This document shows, in pieces, positions 1 through 10,023 of a DNA stretch of 64,000 nucleotides. The stretch is from an uncultured Candidatus Saccharibacteria bacterium (GTDB taxonomy: Bacteria > Patescibacteriota > Minisyncoccia > Phycocordibacterales > Phycocordibacteraceae): NCBI GenBank assembly GCA_964550425.1, contig CAZJZB010000001.1, positions 3,509-67,508 on the forward strand. The letters run 5' to 3'. How positions within the stretch are numbered: position 1 is the stretch's first letter; every line of letters starts with the position of its first letter. The notes under the pieces were generated by a model. The model was given only the letters and a program-made list of their open reading frames with translations. It searched no databases and was not told the origin of the DNA. The translations under genes were made by a program, and so were the position numbers.

Positions 1-910
1 AAAAGCAGAAACGATACGAACCTTGCCAGTTCCTCTGATGACTTTTCCGATAACGGCAATATTGGGGGAATGAGAGAGAATTTTTTGGACCTCTTTTTTA
101 GGAACAGAGAGGATAAATCCTATGCCGCAATTGAAGGTTGAATACATGGTTTTGTTTGAAAGTCCTTTTGCATACATATCTCGAAAAATCTTTTGCGGTT
201 GCAGTGTCTTAGGTTGAGAAATGACGGCATCATTCTTTCCTAATATATCTTTAAGCTTCGTGAATGCCCCGCCGGTGATATGCATCATTCCATGTACTTT
301 GTGTGTAGCGAGTATCGAAAGAATGTCATCGAGATATATCTTCGTTGGTTCTGTGAACTCTCTCCTATAGGTATTCCCGAACACTTCTCTGACTTTTGTA
401 AATCCGTTTGAGTGGATGCCGCTACTCCTAAGTCCCAAAAGGACATCTCCATTCTTGCATTGGTTATTGAATTTTTTAGGAAGAAAACCCGATACGGTAA
501 TACTTATATCCATTCCCTTTGTATCGGAATGAATAGATGTCTCTCCTCCCGTCATAGCTATTTTTCTTTTCCTGCACTCTACGGCCAAGGACTTCACTAT
601 CTCCAATATCGCTTTGTGATCGTCCTTGGGCAAAACGATGTGATTTTGAAGTGCATACGGAATGGCTCCAACCACCGCCAAATCATTGAGATTCATGGCA
701 AGAGCGTCTACCACCGCATTATTGAAGGCCCGTTTCTCCCAATGATAAAAACCCTTGGTTCCAATTCCGTCTGTATGCTGGACTTCCCACAAAGAGAAAT
801 TCTTTTTGAAAACTGGATATAGTCCCTTTTCAACTTTTACATACGGCGTCTTCCAGGTGCTTCTAATGAGTTTGAGAATCCTATACTTATATGGTTTCGT
901 CGGGTTATAC
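1..910 (-). CDS. purM: phosphoribosylformylglycinamidine cyclo-ligase (AIR synthase), 5' part; the gene runs off the window start
   Basis: Reverse-strand translation gives the PurM signature ...GDVLLGLRSSGIHSNGFTKVREV... and ...HITGGAFTKL...; ATG at ~910. The + strand ORF 412..822 is its shadow. Confidence 0.75.
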
Positions 911-946
911 ATGAAAGATATACTTCCATTGTACTACTCCTAACAT

Positions 947-974
947 GCTGGCCGTCTGGGACGATGTTGGAACC
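947..974. repeat. 28-nt repeat GCTGGCCGTCTGG(G/T)ACG..GTTGGA.C, copy 1
   Basis: Near-identical copy at 1502..1529 and a shorter GCTGGCCGTC at 1547..1560; the copies flank the deaminase gene. Confidence 0.6.
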
Positions 975-978
975 AGAA

Positions 979-1467
979 TCACAAAAATGCACGATCTCCT
1001 TTTTGCTTGATATACTCGGCATCTAGTATTGTGTCATTAAAAATCTTCCGTGATTTTTCTGTAAGCGCAGCATCACCGACTTGATTGGCGGTAATTCCCG
1101 CCGCTGCAAACCTATTGTCTACTTTTCTAGAGTAGTGGGCATCAGGCATGGCATAAATCACGCGTTTGATTGGGGAGTTTATTATTTTTGCGGCACAGTC
1201 TCCAAATGTCTCTCCACCACCCCCTGGAGTTCTCTCCCCACAGGGCTGAATTGTGGAATAGAGAATATCCTCGTCCTGGATAGTTATTCTTTTTTGCTGG
1301 ATCTCTTCGAGTAGAAGGTCTTCTGCGTGCCGATTTGGATTATCTATGCTCGCCTTGGTCGCAAGAATAGTGCCATTACGCACCAGACAGGCGGCAACAG
1401 CGCCACGGTTAGAATTCGCCGCGTGCGCTGTCCTAAATAAGGATTCAAATATTTCAGATTCGGTCAT
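979..1467 (-). CDS. CMP/dCMP-type (cytidine/deoxycytidylate) deaminase family protein
   Basis: HAE zinc-binding motif (HAEDLLLEE) and PC...C ligand pair (QPCGERTPGGGGETFGDCAAKI), with an unusual Gly-rich insert between the two Cys. Confidence 0.6.
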   Translation of the reverse strand: MTESEIFESLFRTAHAANSNRGAVAACLVRNGTILATKASIDNPNRHAEDLLLEEIQQKRITIQDEDILYSTIQPCGERTPGGGGETFGDCAAKIINSPIKRVIYAMPDAHYSRKVDNRFAAAGITANQVGDAALTEKSRKIFNDTILDAEYIKQKGDRAFL

Positions 1468-1501
1468 TGCGAAAGTATATAATAACTCATAAATTTGACG
1501 A

Positions 1502-1529
1502 GCTGGCCGTCTGGTACGGAGTTGGACTC
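1502..1529. repeat. 28-nt repeat copy 2, with a partial third copy at 1547..1560
   Basis: GCTGGCCGTCTGGTACGGAGTTGGACTC compared with GCTGGCCGTCTGGGACGATGTTGGAACC at 947. Confidence 0.6.
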
Positions 1530-1604
1530 TTTTTCACTCCGAAACCGCTGGCCGTCGACTGTTCGATATAGAAAGCATATAAGGAGTCGTGTATATTTAC
1601 CTAT

Positions 1605-1943
1605 ATGTCAGAAAAAATACCCCTCTCTAATAAAGAGAAACTCGTAGAAATGACCGAGTTAGGGGCTGCAGAAATACTTCAAACTGATTATCAACTCTCT
1701 GCGGAAGAACAAGATCGGCTCGTGTCGATGGTGGCAGATCCAAATCTTTCTATGTATGTACTTGGCTTCGACGACACACACGGAGAAAAACTAACTCGGC
1801 TTCAAGCAGAAAAATTATTGGATCAGATACTAGCTAATCCTGAAGCGGCCGAAATTCTCTATACCACGCTAACCGAATCAGGAGTTGAATTGAATGCGAA
1901 TGAGAGATGGTGGATGGAACGACTACGCAAAGTGATGGAATAA
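1605..1943 (+). CDS. hypothetical protein (acidic, 112 aa)
   Basis: Clean ORF in an intergenic-size gap; no motif recognised. Confidence 0.45.
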   Translation: MSEKIPLSNKEKLVEMTELGAAEILQTDYQLSAEEQDRLVSMVADPNLSMYVLGFDDTHGEKLTRLQAEKLLDQILANPEAAEILYTTLTESGVELNANERWWMERLRKVME

Positions 1944-1998
1944 GTCGAGTGTATATCTATTTTGAGCGACGGACGAGTTTACTGGGGGATCTAGAATT

Positions 1999-2418
1999 CT
2001 ACACTCCACGGTCCATTGCGGCGTTGGCGAGCGCGTCCGCGTCGCTGTTTTCTTCGCGCGGGACGTGAGTGAAGGAGACGGTGCCGAAGGCCGCAGCGAC
2101 CTGCGCGAGGCGCGCTTGTTGTTCTTTCAGGACCGGATGCTTCACTTTATAAAGGCCTTTCATCTGCTTCACTATAAGTTCGCTGTCGAGTTTCACAACA
2201 ACTTCTGTCGTATCGCGTTCTACCATTGGTACCAGTTTGGACAATGCTTCAAAAGCAAGAATAACCGCTTCGTATTCCGCGAAATTGTTTGTCTGGTGAC
2301 CGAGAAATTTTGAAACGCTCGCGACCGAGTTCCCGAATTCGTCGCGAATCATCGCGCCCGCCCCAGCGGGCCCCGGGTTCCCGCGCGCCCCGCCGTCGGC
2401 ATGAATGGTGAAATGCAT
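1999..2418 (-). CDS. rnhA: ribonuclease HI
   Basis: HADGGARGNPGPAGAG ... NNFAEYEAV ... HVPREENSDADALAN matches the RNase H fold and catalytic motifs. Confidence 0.8.
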   Translation of the reverse strand: MHFTIHADGGARGNPGPAGAGAMIRDEFGNSVASVSKFLGHQTNNFAEYEAVILAFEALSKLVPMVERDTTEVVVKLDSELIVKQMKGLYKVKHPVLKEQQARLAQVAAAFGTVSFTHVPREENSDADALANAAMDRGV

Positions 2419-2554
2419 ATCGCTTACTATACATTAACTCACTCAAGAGAAATGTTTTTGAGAGCGTTTCGCTCAAACCTGCCGCACCTGAAGGTGCGGC
2501 AGGATGTCGCTGCACTTGGCATACTCTCAAAGACATTTCTCCGCTCGCTCATAG

Positions 2555-4285
2555 TTACACAACTCTGATATCGAGAAGCCGCAGACGAACCGGATTCCCG
2601 CGCGAGAACGTATCACGCTCAAGATGCGCAAGCACGTTCACGCGACTACTCGCCGCGAGTTTCTGTACCGTGCGTGCGAGAGAACCTTTTACAAAAAAAG
2701 TAACCGCATCAATACTCGCCCCCCGCCCATCAATCGAGCCCATCTTCAATTTCAAATGCTCCTCTCCTTTTCCGAAGCGTGAAATCTCTCGCACGAAAAC
2801 CTCTCGCAATAGAAACACGGGTTTGTCATTATGCATGCCGAATGGTGCGAGCTTCTCAATCTTGGTAAGGAATGCGCTCGTCGCTTCTTCCGGAAGTACG
2901 TGAGCATCGGCGCGCATCGCGAGCTCATCAACGATGGTCGCTCCACCCAGTATTTTTTCGTGTGCTTCGACAAGCCGGTCTTCGAGAAAAAATACCTCGG
3001 TATCTTGCACGGTGAAACCGCCTGCGCCCGCATGCCCGCCGAATTCAACAAATACTTTTTCCGCGGCCCGCATGAGTTCCAATATGTGTGTCGCTCCGCC
3101 GCTCCGTACCGATCCTTTGAGACGCATATTTCCCTCTCTTCCCCACAGGAATACCGGCCGTTCATATTCCTCCGCAATGGTATTTGCGACGAGACCAAGA
3201 AGGGAAGGCCGCCATTCCGGATCCCCGAGCGCGATGATGGTTCGTACCGCTCCTCTCTCTTTCAGGCGCGTATGCACCGCGCGCGTGATGGCGCCCGCCT
3301 CGGCTTTCCGTTGCCGATTCGCTTTTTCCATTTTTTTGGAAAGCGCATCGGCCTCGCTTTCATCGGCAGTCGTGAAGAGACGGAATGCGTCGCGCGCATC
3401 GCCCATACGGCTTGCGGCATTCACGCGAGGCGCAATCATAAAACCGACATCATCTTCGGTAAGCGCACGCTGCTCCACGCGCATTCCGCGACACAGTTTT
3501 TGCAGCCCAAGTCGCGGCGATTTGCGCATAACGAGGAGTCCATAGGTAGCAAGTACGCGATTCTCATCTACAAGCGGAACCATGTCAGCGATGGTTGCGA
3601 GCCCCACCATATCAAGAAGCCATTTCTCCCATCCAACAGGTACTTTCTCGCGGAGTACCGGCGCTATCGCGAGTGTCGCGCACACGAGTTTCCATGCGAC
3701 TCCCGAACCGCAGAGCCCGCGGAAAGGGTATGTCTCATCTGCGCGTGCATTTGGATTGAGGACTGCAAATGCGTCCGGCAGCATTTCGCCCGGAAGATGA
3801 TGGTCGGTAACAATGACATCCATGCCGAGCCCCCTTGCCCGAGCGACGGATTCAATGTCAGTGATACCGGAGTCCACAGTCACGACGAGTTTCACTCCGC
3901 TCTCTGCAAGCTTCTCGATACCGTTCACATTCATACCGTAGCCCTCTTCGTGCCGATGCGGAATATAATTCTCAAAATTCGCGCCCACCTTTTGGAGAAA
4001 ATCGTGCATCAGTACGCCGCCGGGAATACCGTCGCAATCATAGTCGCTCCAGACGGCAATTCTTTCTCCTGAAAGAATTGCCGCCCCGAGCCGCTCCGCG
4101 GCAAGCGGCATGTCGCACATGAGGAAGGGATCATGCAGATGCGAGTCGTATGAGGGATTAAGAAATTTCTCCGCGGCATCTTTCGTCAGAATGCCGCGCC
4201 GCGCGAGCAGCGCGGCAGTGAGATCGTCATAGGCGATAAGTTCCGCACGCAATGTCTCATCGAGTGGATCATGGAGCGGGAACAT
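2555..4285 (-). CDS. recJ: single-stranded-DNA-specific exonuclease RecJ
   Basis: DHH motif (DVIVTDHHLP) and DHHA1 region; length 576 aa. The 413-aa + strand ORF 2831..4072 is an antisense shadow. Confidence 0.85.
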   Translation of the reverse strand: MFPLHDPLDETLRAELIAYDDLTAALLARRGILTKDAAEKFLNPSYDSHLHDPFLMCDMPLAAERLGAAILSGERIAVWSDYDCDGIPGGVLMHDFLQKVGANFENYIPHRHEEGYGMNVNGIEKLAESGVKLVVTVDSGITDIESVARARGLGMDVIVTDHHLPGEMLPDAFAVLNPNARADETYPFRGLCGSGVAWKLVCATLAIAPVLREKVPVGWEKWLLDMVGLATIADMVPLVDENRVLATYGLLVMRKSPRLGLQKLCRGMRVEQRALTEDDVGFMIAPRVNAASRMGDARDAFRLFTTADESEADALSKKMEKANRQRKAEAGAITRAVHTRLKERGAVRTIIALGDPEWRPSLLGLVANTIAEEYERPVFLWGREGNMRLKGSVRSGGATHILELMRAAEKVFVEFGGHAGAGGFTVQDTEVFFLEDRLVEAHEKILGGATIVDELAMRADAHVLPEEATSAFLTKIEKLAPFGMHNDKPVFLLREVFVREISRFGKGEEHLKLKMGSIDGRGASIDAVTFFVKGSLARTVQKLAASSRVNVLAHLERDTFSRGNPVRLRLLDIRVV

Positions 4286-4309
4286 GTGGCACTATTGTAT
4301 ACTTACTCA

Positions 4310-4642
4310 ATGGAAAGTTGTATTTTTTGCAAGATTGCCATTGGCGAGATTCCCTCGCGCAAGGTACATCATGAAGACAAAATCGTCGTTTCTTTCCTTG
4401 ATATGAATCAAGATATACCGGGTCATACGCTCGTCATTCCCGTTGAGCACCACTCCTGGTTTTATGAGTTGCCTGATGACATTGCAAACAAATTATTCAG
4501 GGCGGCACGGCACGTAGCGCAAGAATTAAAAGAAAAAATGAAAGCTGATTATATCCAACTTTCGATTATCGGCACCGATATTCCGCACGTACACCTACAT
4601 CTACTCCCGCGTTTTTTAAAAGACAAGCCGCCCAAAATCTAA
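4310..4642 (+). CDS. HIT-family (histidine triad) hydrolase
   Basis: CIFCKI N-terminus and HVHLHLLPR histidine triad. Start moved to the internal ATG to avoid overlap with recJ. Confidence 0.8.
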   Translation: MESCIFCKIAIGEIPSRKVHHEDKIVVSFLDMNQDIPGHTLVIPVEHHSWFYELPDDIANKLFRAARHVAQELKEKMKADYIQLSIIGTDIPHVHLHLLPRFLKDKPPKI

Positions 4643-4675
4643 AACGCCGGCCCTATATAGGTACCGGCGTTTACT
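4643..4675. terminator. bidirectional hairpin between the convergent HIT and membrane-protein genes
   Basis: AAACGCCGG-N13-CCGGCGTTT with a flanking A/T run. Confidence 0.5.
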
Positions 4676-4686
4676 CGCTCGCGTCA

Positions 4687-5148
4687 TCAGCCAGCGCCTT
4701 CTTTTGTGCGCAAAGCGCCGACAATATCGATGATGAGATCCCTGACGACCATCATCACCGGTATGAGTCCGAGGACGAGCAAGAAACTAAAGCTCGTCAT
4801 CCAGAATGCAGCGCCGTCCTGGATCTTTGTCGGAGCGGAAATCGCTCCGAAAACGAATCCAAAACAGATTGCGTTGAGCGTCATGAAGAATACATTTCCG
4901 CCTTCATTGAGGCGTTTGCCATTCAACATGTGCTCGATGAACTGGACAAAAATTACCACTCCAATGAAGAGCGCAATGAGAAACACTCCCAACAAAAGGA
5001 TTGACCCCTTGCCCCCGGACACGCCCCGCGCGAGCGCCGCCCATGGGTTGTATGTCACAGATATCTCGTTCGCACCCCATACGGCGCTTAGCGAGATCAA
5101 AATACCTGCAGGAATCATGATCATCCTATTTCCGATGCTCATCTGCAC
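4687..5148 (-). CDS. hypothetical polytopic membrane protein
   Basis: Four predicted hydrophobic helices; no known motif. Confidence 0.5.
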   Translation of the reverse strand: MQMSIGNRMIMIPAGILISLSAVWGANEISVTYNPWAALARGVSGGKGSILLLGVFLIALFIGVVIFVQFIEHMLNGKRLNEGGNVFFMTLNAICFGFVFGAISAPTKIQDGAAFWMTSFSFLLVLGLIPVMMVVRDLIIDIVGALRTKEGAG

Positions 5149-5210
5149 ACCTCCATTTTGATTTTCAATCAGATTTATTACTGAGCAACCTCTATGTTAA
5201 AGTATAGCAC

Positions 5211-6371
5211 TCAAGTGCCATTCTTGTCAAGTGCGTCAATGCCGGGGAGGGTACCCGTGGCAAGGAAATCAAGCATCGCGCCGCCGCCGGTGGAGACGAA
5301 AGAAAAGCGTGGCAAGAGACCGAGTCCTTCAATTGAGGCAACCGTGTCGCCGCCGCCCACTACTGAATATGCGTTTGAAGAGGCAATGGCACGCGCAAAA
5401 GCATCGGTCGCATTGATAAATCCATTTTCGTAATTTCCCAAGGGGCCGTTCCAGAGGATGGTCTTCGCTTTCTGTGCGAGGTTCGACAGGAGCGCAACGG
5501 TGCCTGGACCATGATCAAGAATAATTTCATCAGATCGTACCTGCCCGGCTGGAGCGATACGCGCCTCTAATTGCACATTCGTAGTTCCCAATAATCTTGC
5601 GGGTATCACCAGCGAGTCCATCGGCAATACCAGTTTCGGATGAGCGAGGAGTTTCTTGATTGTGTTTTCGCTGGCGCTCGAAACAAGCGATTTTCCCACC
5701 CCCAATCCTAATGCTTTAAGAAAATCGTTTGCAAGCGCTCCGCCAACAAACACATGATCATATGTTTTTAATAATGTCGTAAGCACCGCCTCTTTGGTAC
5801 TGAATTTCGCTCCACCAATGACCGCGAGCGCGGGATGTTGTGGTGCGAGTGCCCGTGACAGCTCCTTCATTTCTTCCTCAAGAAGAATTCCGGCATACGA
5901 GGGGAGAAGTTTTGGGACACCGATGATGGAGGCATGCGGCCGATGACAGGTGTCAAAAGAATCCTGCACGAAAATGTCGGCGAGAGAAGCGAGTTCTTGT
6001 GCGAAAGCGCGGTCATTCATCCGCTCGCCGTTGTCGCGCCGCAGATTCTCCAGGACAAGCACGCTGCCGGGTGCAAAGTCGCGGATCGCGGCGCGCGCTC
6101 CCTTTCCTATGGTCTCGGGGAAGAACGAAACATTTGGGAGAAGTTTTCCAAGCGCTTGAGCAACCGGTGCGAGGGTCTCGGTCCCCTGTTCACCCAAGTG
6201 GCTTATGAGCACGACCCTCGCGCTACGTTCGGTAAGGAAACGTATAGTTGGTAGCGCGCGCCGCAGGCGATAGTCGTTTACAACCTTCCCATTTATAACA
6301 GGAACATTGAGCGCCGCCCGCACCAGTATCGGAATATTCTCAAATAGTTGTATGTCGCGAACGCTTTTCAT
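5211..6371 (-). CDS. pgk: phosphoglycerate kinase
   Basis: VLENLRRDNGE, ISHLG, GGGDT, STGGGA motifs; 386 aa. Confidence 0.9.
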   Translation of the reverse strand: MKSVRDIQLFENIPILVRAALNVPVINGKVVNDYRLRRALPTIRFLTERSARVVLISHLGEQGTETLAPVAQALGKLLPNVSFFPETIGKGARAAIRDFAPGSVLVLENLRRDNGERMNDRAFAQELASLADIFVQDSFDTCHRPHASIIGVPKLLPSYAGILLEEEMKELSRALAPQHPALAVIGGAKFSTKEAVLTTLLKTYDHVFVGGALANDFLKALGLGVGKSLVSSASENTIKKLLAHPKLVLPMDSLVIPARLLGTTNVQLEARIAPAGQVRSDEIILDHGPGTVALLSNLAQKAKTILWNGPLGNYENGFINATDAFARAIASSNAYSVVGGGDTVASIEGLGLLPRFSFVSTGGGAMLDFLATGTLPGIDALDKNGT

Positions 6372-7117
6372 GCCCGCACCAGTTGCTTCATGAGTAGTGT
6401 AAAGGTATGAGCATCGACTGATGCGTGTCCGATGAGGAAGCCGTCGATCCGCGAGCTCGCCGCGAGCTCGCGGATGTTTTCCGGTTCAACCGAACCGCCG
6501 TAGAGGACAAGCGTGCGAGAAGCGTTTTTTCCGTGCAGGAGTTCCGCAAGCACTTTGCGGATGTATAACATCATCTCGGCAAGGTCGTTCGGCTGGATTG
6601 CAAGAGCGGCTGTCTTTCCGATTGCCCAGATGGGCTCGTAGGCAATAATGACCTTCACGCGTTCTTTTGGTGCGAGAGACCCAATCGCCTTTGTAAGTTC
6701 TTCACGTATGAAAGCAAGATAGCGGCCTTCATTATCGCGCTCATGTTCGCCGATGCACAGAATGGGTGTGAGTCCGTGAGCGAGAGAGTGGGAAAGTTTC
6801 TCGGCAATGATTACATCAGTATCGCCAGCCGCGCGTCGCTCAGAATGACCGATTATGGCGTAGGTGGCGCCCGCTGCCGCATATGCCTGCGCAGTCGCTT
6901 CGCCCGTCTTCGCGCCGCCGGTTGTGCGAGACACGTCTTGCGCCGCAAAAGCAACAGCCGATTTGTTTCTCGCCGTGAGCGCACTAAGAAGCGGCGAGGG
7001 CGGCGCGAGTACGATTTTACTCCCCGTTTTTTTCGCAAGTTTCTTGCTGAGCGCAAAGAGCTTCTTTGCTTTTTTTACATCTTCAACATACGCTTTCCAA
7101 TTCGCGATAATGAGCAT
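6368..7117 (-). CDS. tpiA: triosephosphate isomerase
   Basis: NWK, IGHSERR, AYEPIWAIGTG signatures; 4-nt overlap with pgk. Confidence 0.9.
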   Translation of the reverse strand: MLIIANWKAYVEDVKKAKKLFALSKKLAKKTGSKIVLAPPSPLLSALTARNKSAVAFAAQDVSRTTGGAKTGEATAQAYAAAGATYAIIGHSERRAAGDTDVIIAEKLSHSLAHGLTPILCIGEHERDNEGRYLAFIREELTKAIGSLAPKERVKVIIAYEPIWAIGKTAALAIQPNDLAEMMLYIRKVLAELLHGKNASRTLVLYGGSVEPENIRELAASSRIDGFLIGHASVDAHTFTLLMKQLVRA

Positions 7118-7124
7118 GACCTAC

Positions 7125-7168
7125 AGTATACCAGCCCGTCCATTAGTTAGAGGAAGGGCTGGTATACT
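7125..7168. promoter_or_regulatory. perfect 13-bp-stem inverted repeat in the divergent tpiA/pilin intergenic region
   Basis: AGTATACCAGCCC-N18-GGGCTGGTATACT. Confidence 0.4.
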
Positions 7169-7174
7169 TCTAAG

Positions 7175-7591
7175 GTGATTTTTGCAAACAAAAGACGCGG
7201 ATGTACCCAGCACTATTCTTATAGTGCTGGGTTCACCCTGATTGAAATGTTGGTCGCACTTTTCATCATAAGCGTGACGGTCGTTTTTGTGACTATTGTC
7301 ATCGGGACGATCAAAATTACTCGTGACGCAACGCACGAAAATGTCGCGTTTCGTATCGCGGAAAGCAAGATCGATGAACTTCGCGCGGGAGGATACGCCG
7401 CACTCCCGGCGAGCGGTTCGTTTTCCAATCCAGAACTCACGAAATTGCCGCAAGGAGTGGCGAGCACCAGTGTCACCGACTGGAATGCGCAGATAAAACA
7501 AGTGGCAGCGGGCGTCTCGTGGCAGGGCGCAGACGGCTTTATGCGATTTGTTTCGCTCACGACGCTTATCACCCAGTCGGGCGGTCTCTAA
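7175..7591 (+). CDS. prepilin-type N-terminal cleavage/methylation domain protein (pseudopilin)
   Basis: G|FTLIEMLVALFII class-III signal peptide motif. Confidence 0.7.
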   Translation: MIFANKRRGCTQHYSYSAGFTLIEMLVALFIISVTVVFVTIVIGTIKITRDATHENVAFRIAESKIDELRAGGYAALPASGSFSNPELTKLPQGVASTSVTDWNAQIKQVAAGVSWQGADGFMRFVSLTTLITQSGGL

Positions 7592-7593
7592 AT

Positions 7594-8226
7594 ATGCCCA
7601 GAGCTTTCACTACCAAGCGAGTGAGACAAAAGAAAAATTCTGATTTTTCTTTTGCGAACGAGCGCAGGGAGCAAACCCGGCTCCGCGGGTTTACACTCGT
7701 CGAGGTACTCGTCACCGTCGCCCTTTCCACGATCCTCATGCTCGCAATTTCACAGCTCTATGTCATATATGGGCGTATCATTATATTCCAACAATCGTCA
7801 ATCGCCGCCGCCTTGGATGGGAGCAATATTATGGACGCTGTTCGCACGGCAGGTCTGCAGGCAACACGGATTATTGCAACCCATACATTTTCCGGCACCA
7901 GTTATAATTCCGGAACAACGACCGCAATCTTTGAACTTCCCGCTATCGATGCTTCTGGCGCCATCATTCCTAATGGATACGATTATATCGGTATCTATGC
8001 TTCAAGCACGGACGCGTATCGCATTGTCGATGCTGCATCCGGCAGCGCTCGCGTCTCGGGGGAGAAGCGGCTGACGAACGTTCTGGGCGCACTCAGTTTT
8101 ACGTATGACAATTCGAACTTTCCTTCGGTAACAAGCGTTACGGTCAATGCGACAACAAGTGTCATATTAAGAGGAGAAGTGACGCAAACACATTTCCACG
8201 AGGATATCTATTTGCGAAATTTATGA
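7594..8226 (+). CDS. prepilin-type pseudopilin
   Basis: RGFTLVEVLVTVALS prepilin motif. Start taken at the first ATG after the upstream stop; ORF-track start 7519 overlaps the preceding gene. Confidence 0.65.
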   Translation: MPRAFTTKRVRQKKNSDFSFANERREQTRLRGFTLVEVLVTVALSTILMLAISQLYVIYGRIIIFQQSSIAAALDGSNIMDAVRTAGLQATRIIATHTFSGTSYNSGTTTAIFELPAIDASGAIIPNGYDYIGIYASSTDAYRIVDAASGSARVSGEKRLTNVLGALSFTYDNSNFPSVTSVTVNATTSVILRGEVTQTHFHEDIYLRNL

Positions 8227-9989
8227 AACGGCTCTCACAACCCTTCGCGCGCGGATCCATCCTCCTCCTTGCTCTTATCATGAGCTCCATCATCATGACC
8301 GTTACAGTTGGTTTTTTCAATTATTTTGGAAGCGCCGTGCGCGCCGAACGATACGCCTTCGCTTCGGCGCAGGCGCGCGCGCTTTCAGAAGCGGGTATCG
8401 ACAAAGCGGTCTACGAACTCAATCAAAACAGCAACTATTCGGGAGAAAGCGATATAGCCCTTGGCAATGGCACCTTTAGTATCTCGGTTGCAAGCATCGA
8501 CAGCAACTCGAAACGCATAACCGTTACCAGTTTTGTACCGAATAGTGTGCAGCCGACTGCGACAAAAGTCGTACAAACAACAGTCAGTATAGATTCATCC
8601 GTCGTATCGTTCCATTACGGGGTCCAAATAGGAGACGGCGGCGTTACGATGAGTAGCGGTTCTCAGATTATTGGCAATATATTTTCTAACGGTAATATTT
8701 CCGGAAGCGGCACTATAACCGGCGACGCGACGGTTGCGGTTGGTATCGATTCGGTCGCCGATCAGCAATGGACCGTACAGGACCGTTCTTTTAATGTAGG
8801 AGATGTGTCCGCAGATGCGGCAGTCGCGCAAGCCGTGAAGCCGTCGGTAAACGCTTCTCTTGCGGGAATAAAACTGAATATGAAAAAGGTTGGGAACCCT
8901 GGAGATCTCGTCGTCAAATTCGTGGCCGACAACAACGGGAAGCCGTCGACGACCGTGCTTGCCAGCGGTACGGTCCCGGCTTCGCTCGTCACCTCCTCCT
9001 ACGGTTTCGTCGATGTTACGCTCGATAGCACCCCTTCCCTTACGGCGAACCAGTCATACTGGATTATCGCGATCGCCCCCGTAAATGTGAGCAACTATTT
9101 CATCTGGGGATTGGATATCAATGAGGGGTACTCGCGCGGCGCCGCCAAACGCAGCAGCAACTGGAGTGCGCAGCCAGCATCATGGAGCAATATCACCGGA
9201 GATCTGAATTTCAAAATGTACATAAGCGGTATTTCAACCTCGCTCACCGGAGTGACGGTAAATGGAAATGCGTGGGCGTCTTCGCTTTCAGGATGTACCG
9301 TCGGCGGTAATGCGTCCTACCAGACCACTTCAAGTTGCACTGTTTCGGGTACGAGCACTTCCGGAGTAATTCCCGCCACGCCGGCGCCACTCCCCATTTC
9401 TGACGCGCAGATCGCGGAATGGGAGACGATTGCCGCAGCGGGAGGTACGATAGCGGGGCCGTATTCGATTTCCGGTACCCAGACATTAGGACCGAAAAAA
9501 ATCGATGGGGATCTCACTGTGACAAATGGAAACACCCTCATACTCTCGGGCCCCGTGTGGGTGAATGGGGATGTGGAGTTTTCAAATAACGCCACACTTC
9601 TCGTCTCGCCGAGTACCGGTACGGGCGGCGCGATAATTATTGCGGATGCGACGGGAAATACGGCAGTCAAAGGGGTCGTGAATATCTCGAACAACGTCAC
9701 CATCAACGGGAACGGAAGCACAAACAGTTTCCCAATGATCATAAGTACGAATACCGGATCGAATGCGATTGAATTATCCAATAATGCGTCCGGTGTCATC
9801 CTGTATGCGCCGTACGGCGGCGTAGAGGTCAGTAATGGCGCCAGTGCAAATCAAATAACGGCAAAACACCTGGAACTGGAAAATAATTCAAGCGTGACGT
9901 ATGTGAACGGACTGCAGAACGCCAGCTTCTCAAACGGTCCGGGCGGCTCGTGGACAGTAGTACCGGGCACCTACGCGATCACGAGATAA
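8223..9989 (+). CDS. large pilus-associated protein (PilX-like hydrophobic N-terminus, Gly/Asn/Thr/Ser-rich body)
   Basis: Translationally coupled to the pseudopilins (4-nt overlap). N-terminal hydrophobic segment, then repeated NGN/SGS-rich segments. Confidence 0.45.
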   Translation: MKRLSQPFARGSILLLALIMSSIIMTVTVGFFNYFGSAVRAERYAFASAQARALSEAGIDKAVYELNQNSNYSGESDIALGNGTFSISVASIDSNSKRITVTSFVPNSVQPTATKVVQTTVSIDSSVVSFHYGVQIGDGGVTMSSGSQIIGNIFSNGNISGSGTITGDATVAVGIDSVADQQWTVQDRSFNVGDVSADAAVAQAVKPSVNASLAGIKLNMKKVGNPGDLVVKFVADNNGKPSTTVLASGTVPASLVTSSYGFVDVTLDSTPSLTANQSYWIIAIAPVNVSNYFIWGLDINEGYSRGAAKRSSNWSAQPASWSNITGDLNFKMYISGISTSLTGVTVNGNAWASSLSGCTVGGNASYQTTSSCTVSGTSTSGVIPATPAPLPISDAQIAEWETIAAAGGTIAGPYSISGTQTLGPKKIDGDLTVTNGNTLILSGPVWVNGDVEFSNNATLLVSPSTGTGGAIIIADATGNTAVKGVVNISNNVTINGNGSTNSFPMIISTNTGSNAIELSNNASGVILYAPYGGVEVSNGASANQITAKHLELENNSSVTYVNGLQNASFSNGPGGSWTVVPGTYAITR

Positions 9990-10023
9990 TCGACACTCGC
10001 CTCGCTCGCTGAAGAGCTCGAAG

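Noticed and set aside
412-822. 136-aa + strand ORF at the window start
   Set aside because: The minus strand here encodes the conserved PurM core (GLRSSGIHSNGF); the + ORF is its shadow.
2831-4072. 413-aa ORF on the + strand inside recJ
   Set aside because: Fully antisense to the well-supported recJ gene. It has Arg/Ser/Cys-rich low-complexity composition typical of shadow frames in GC-rich DNA.
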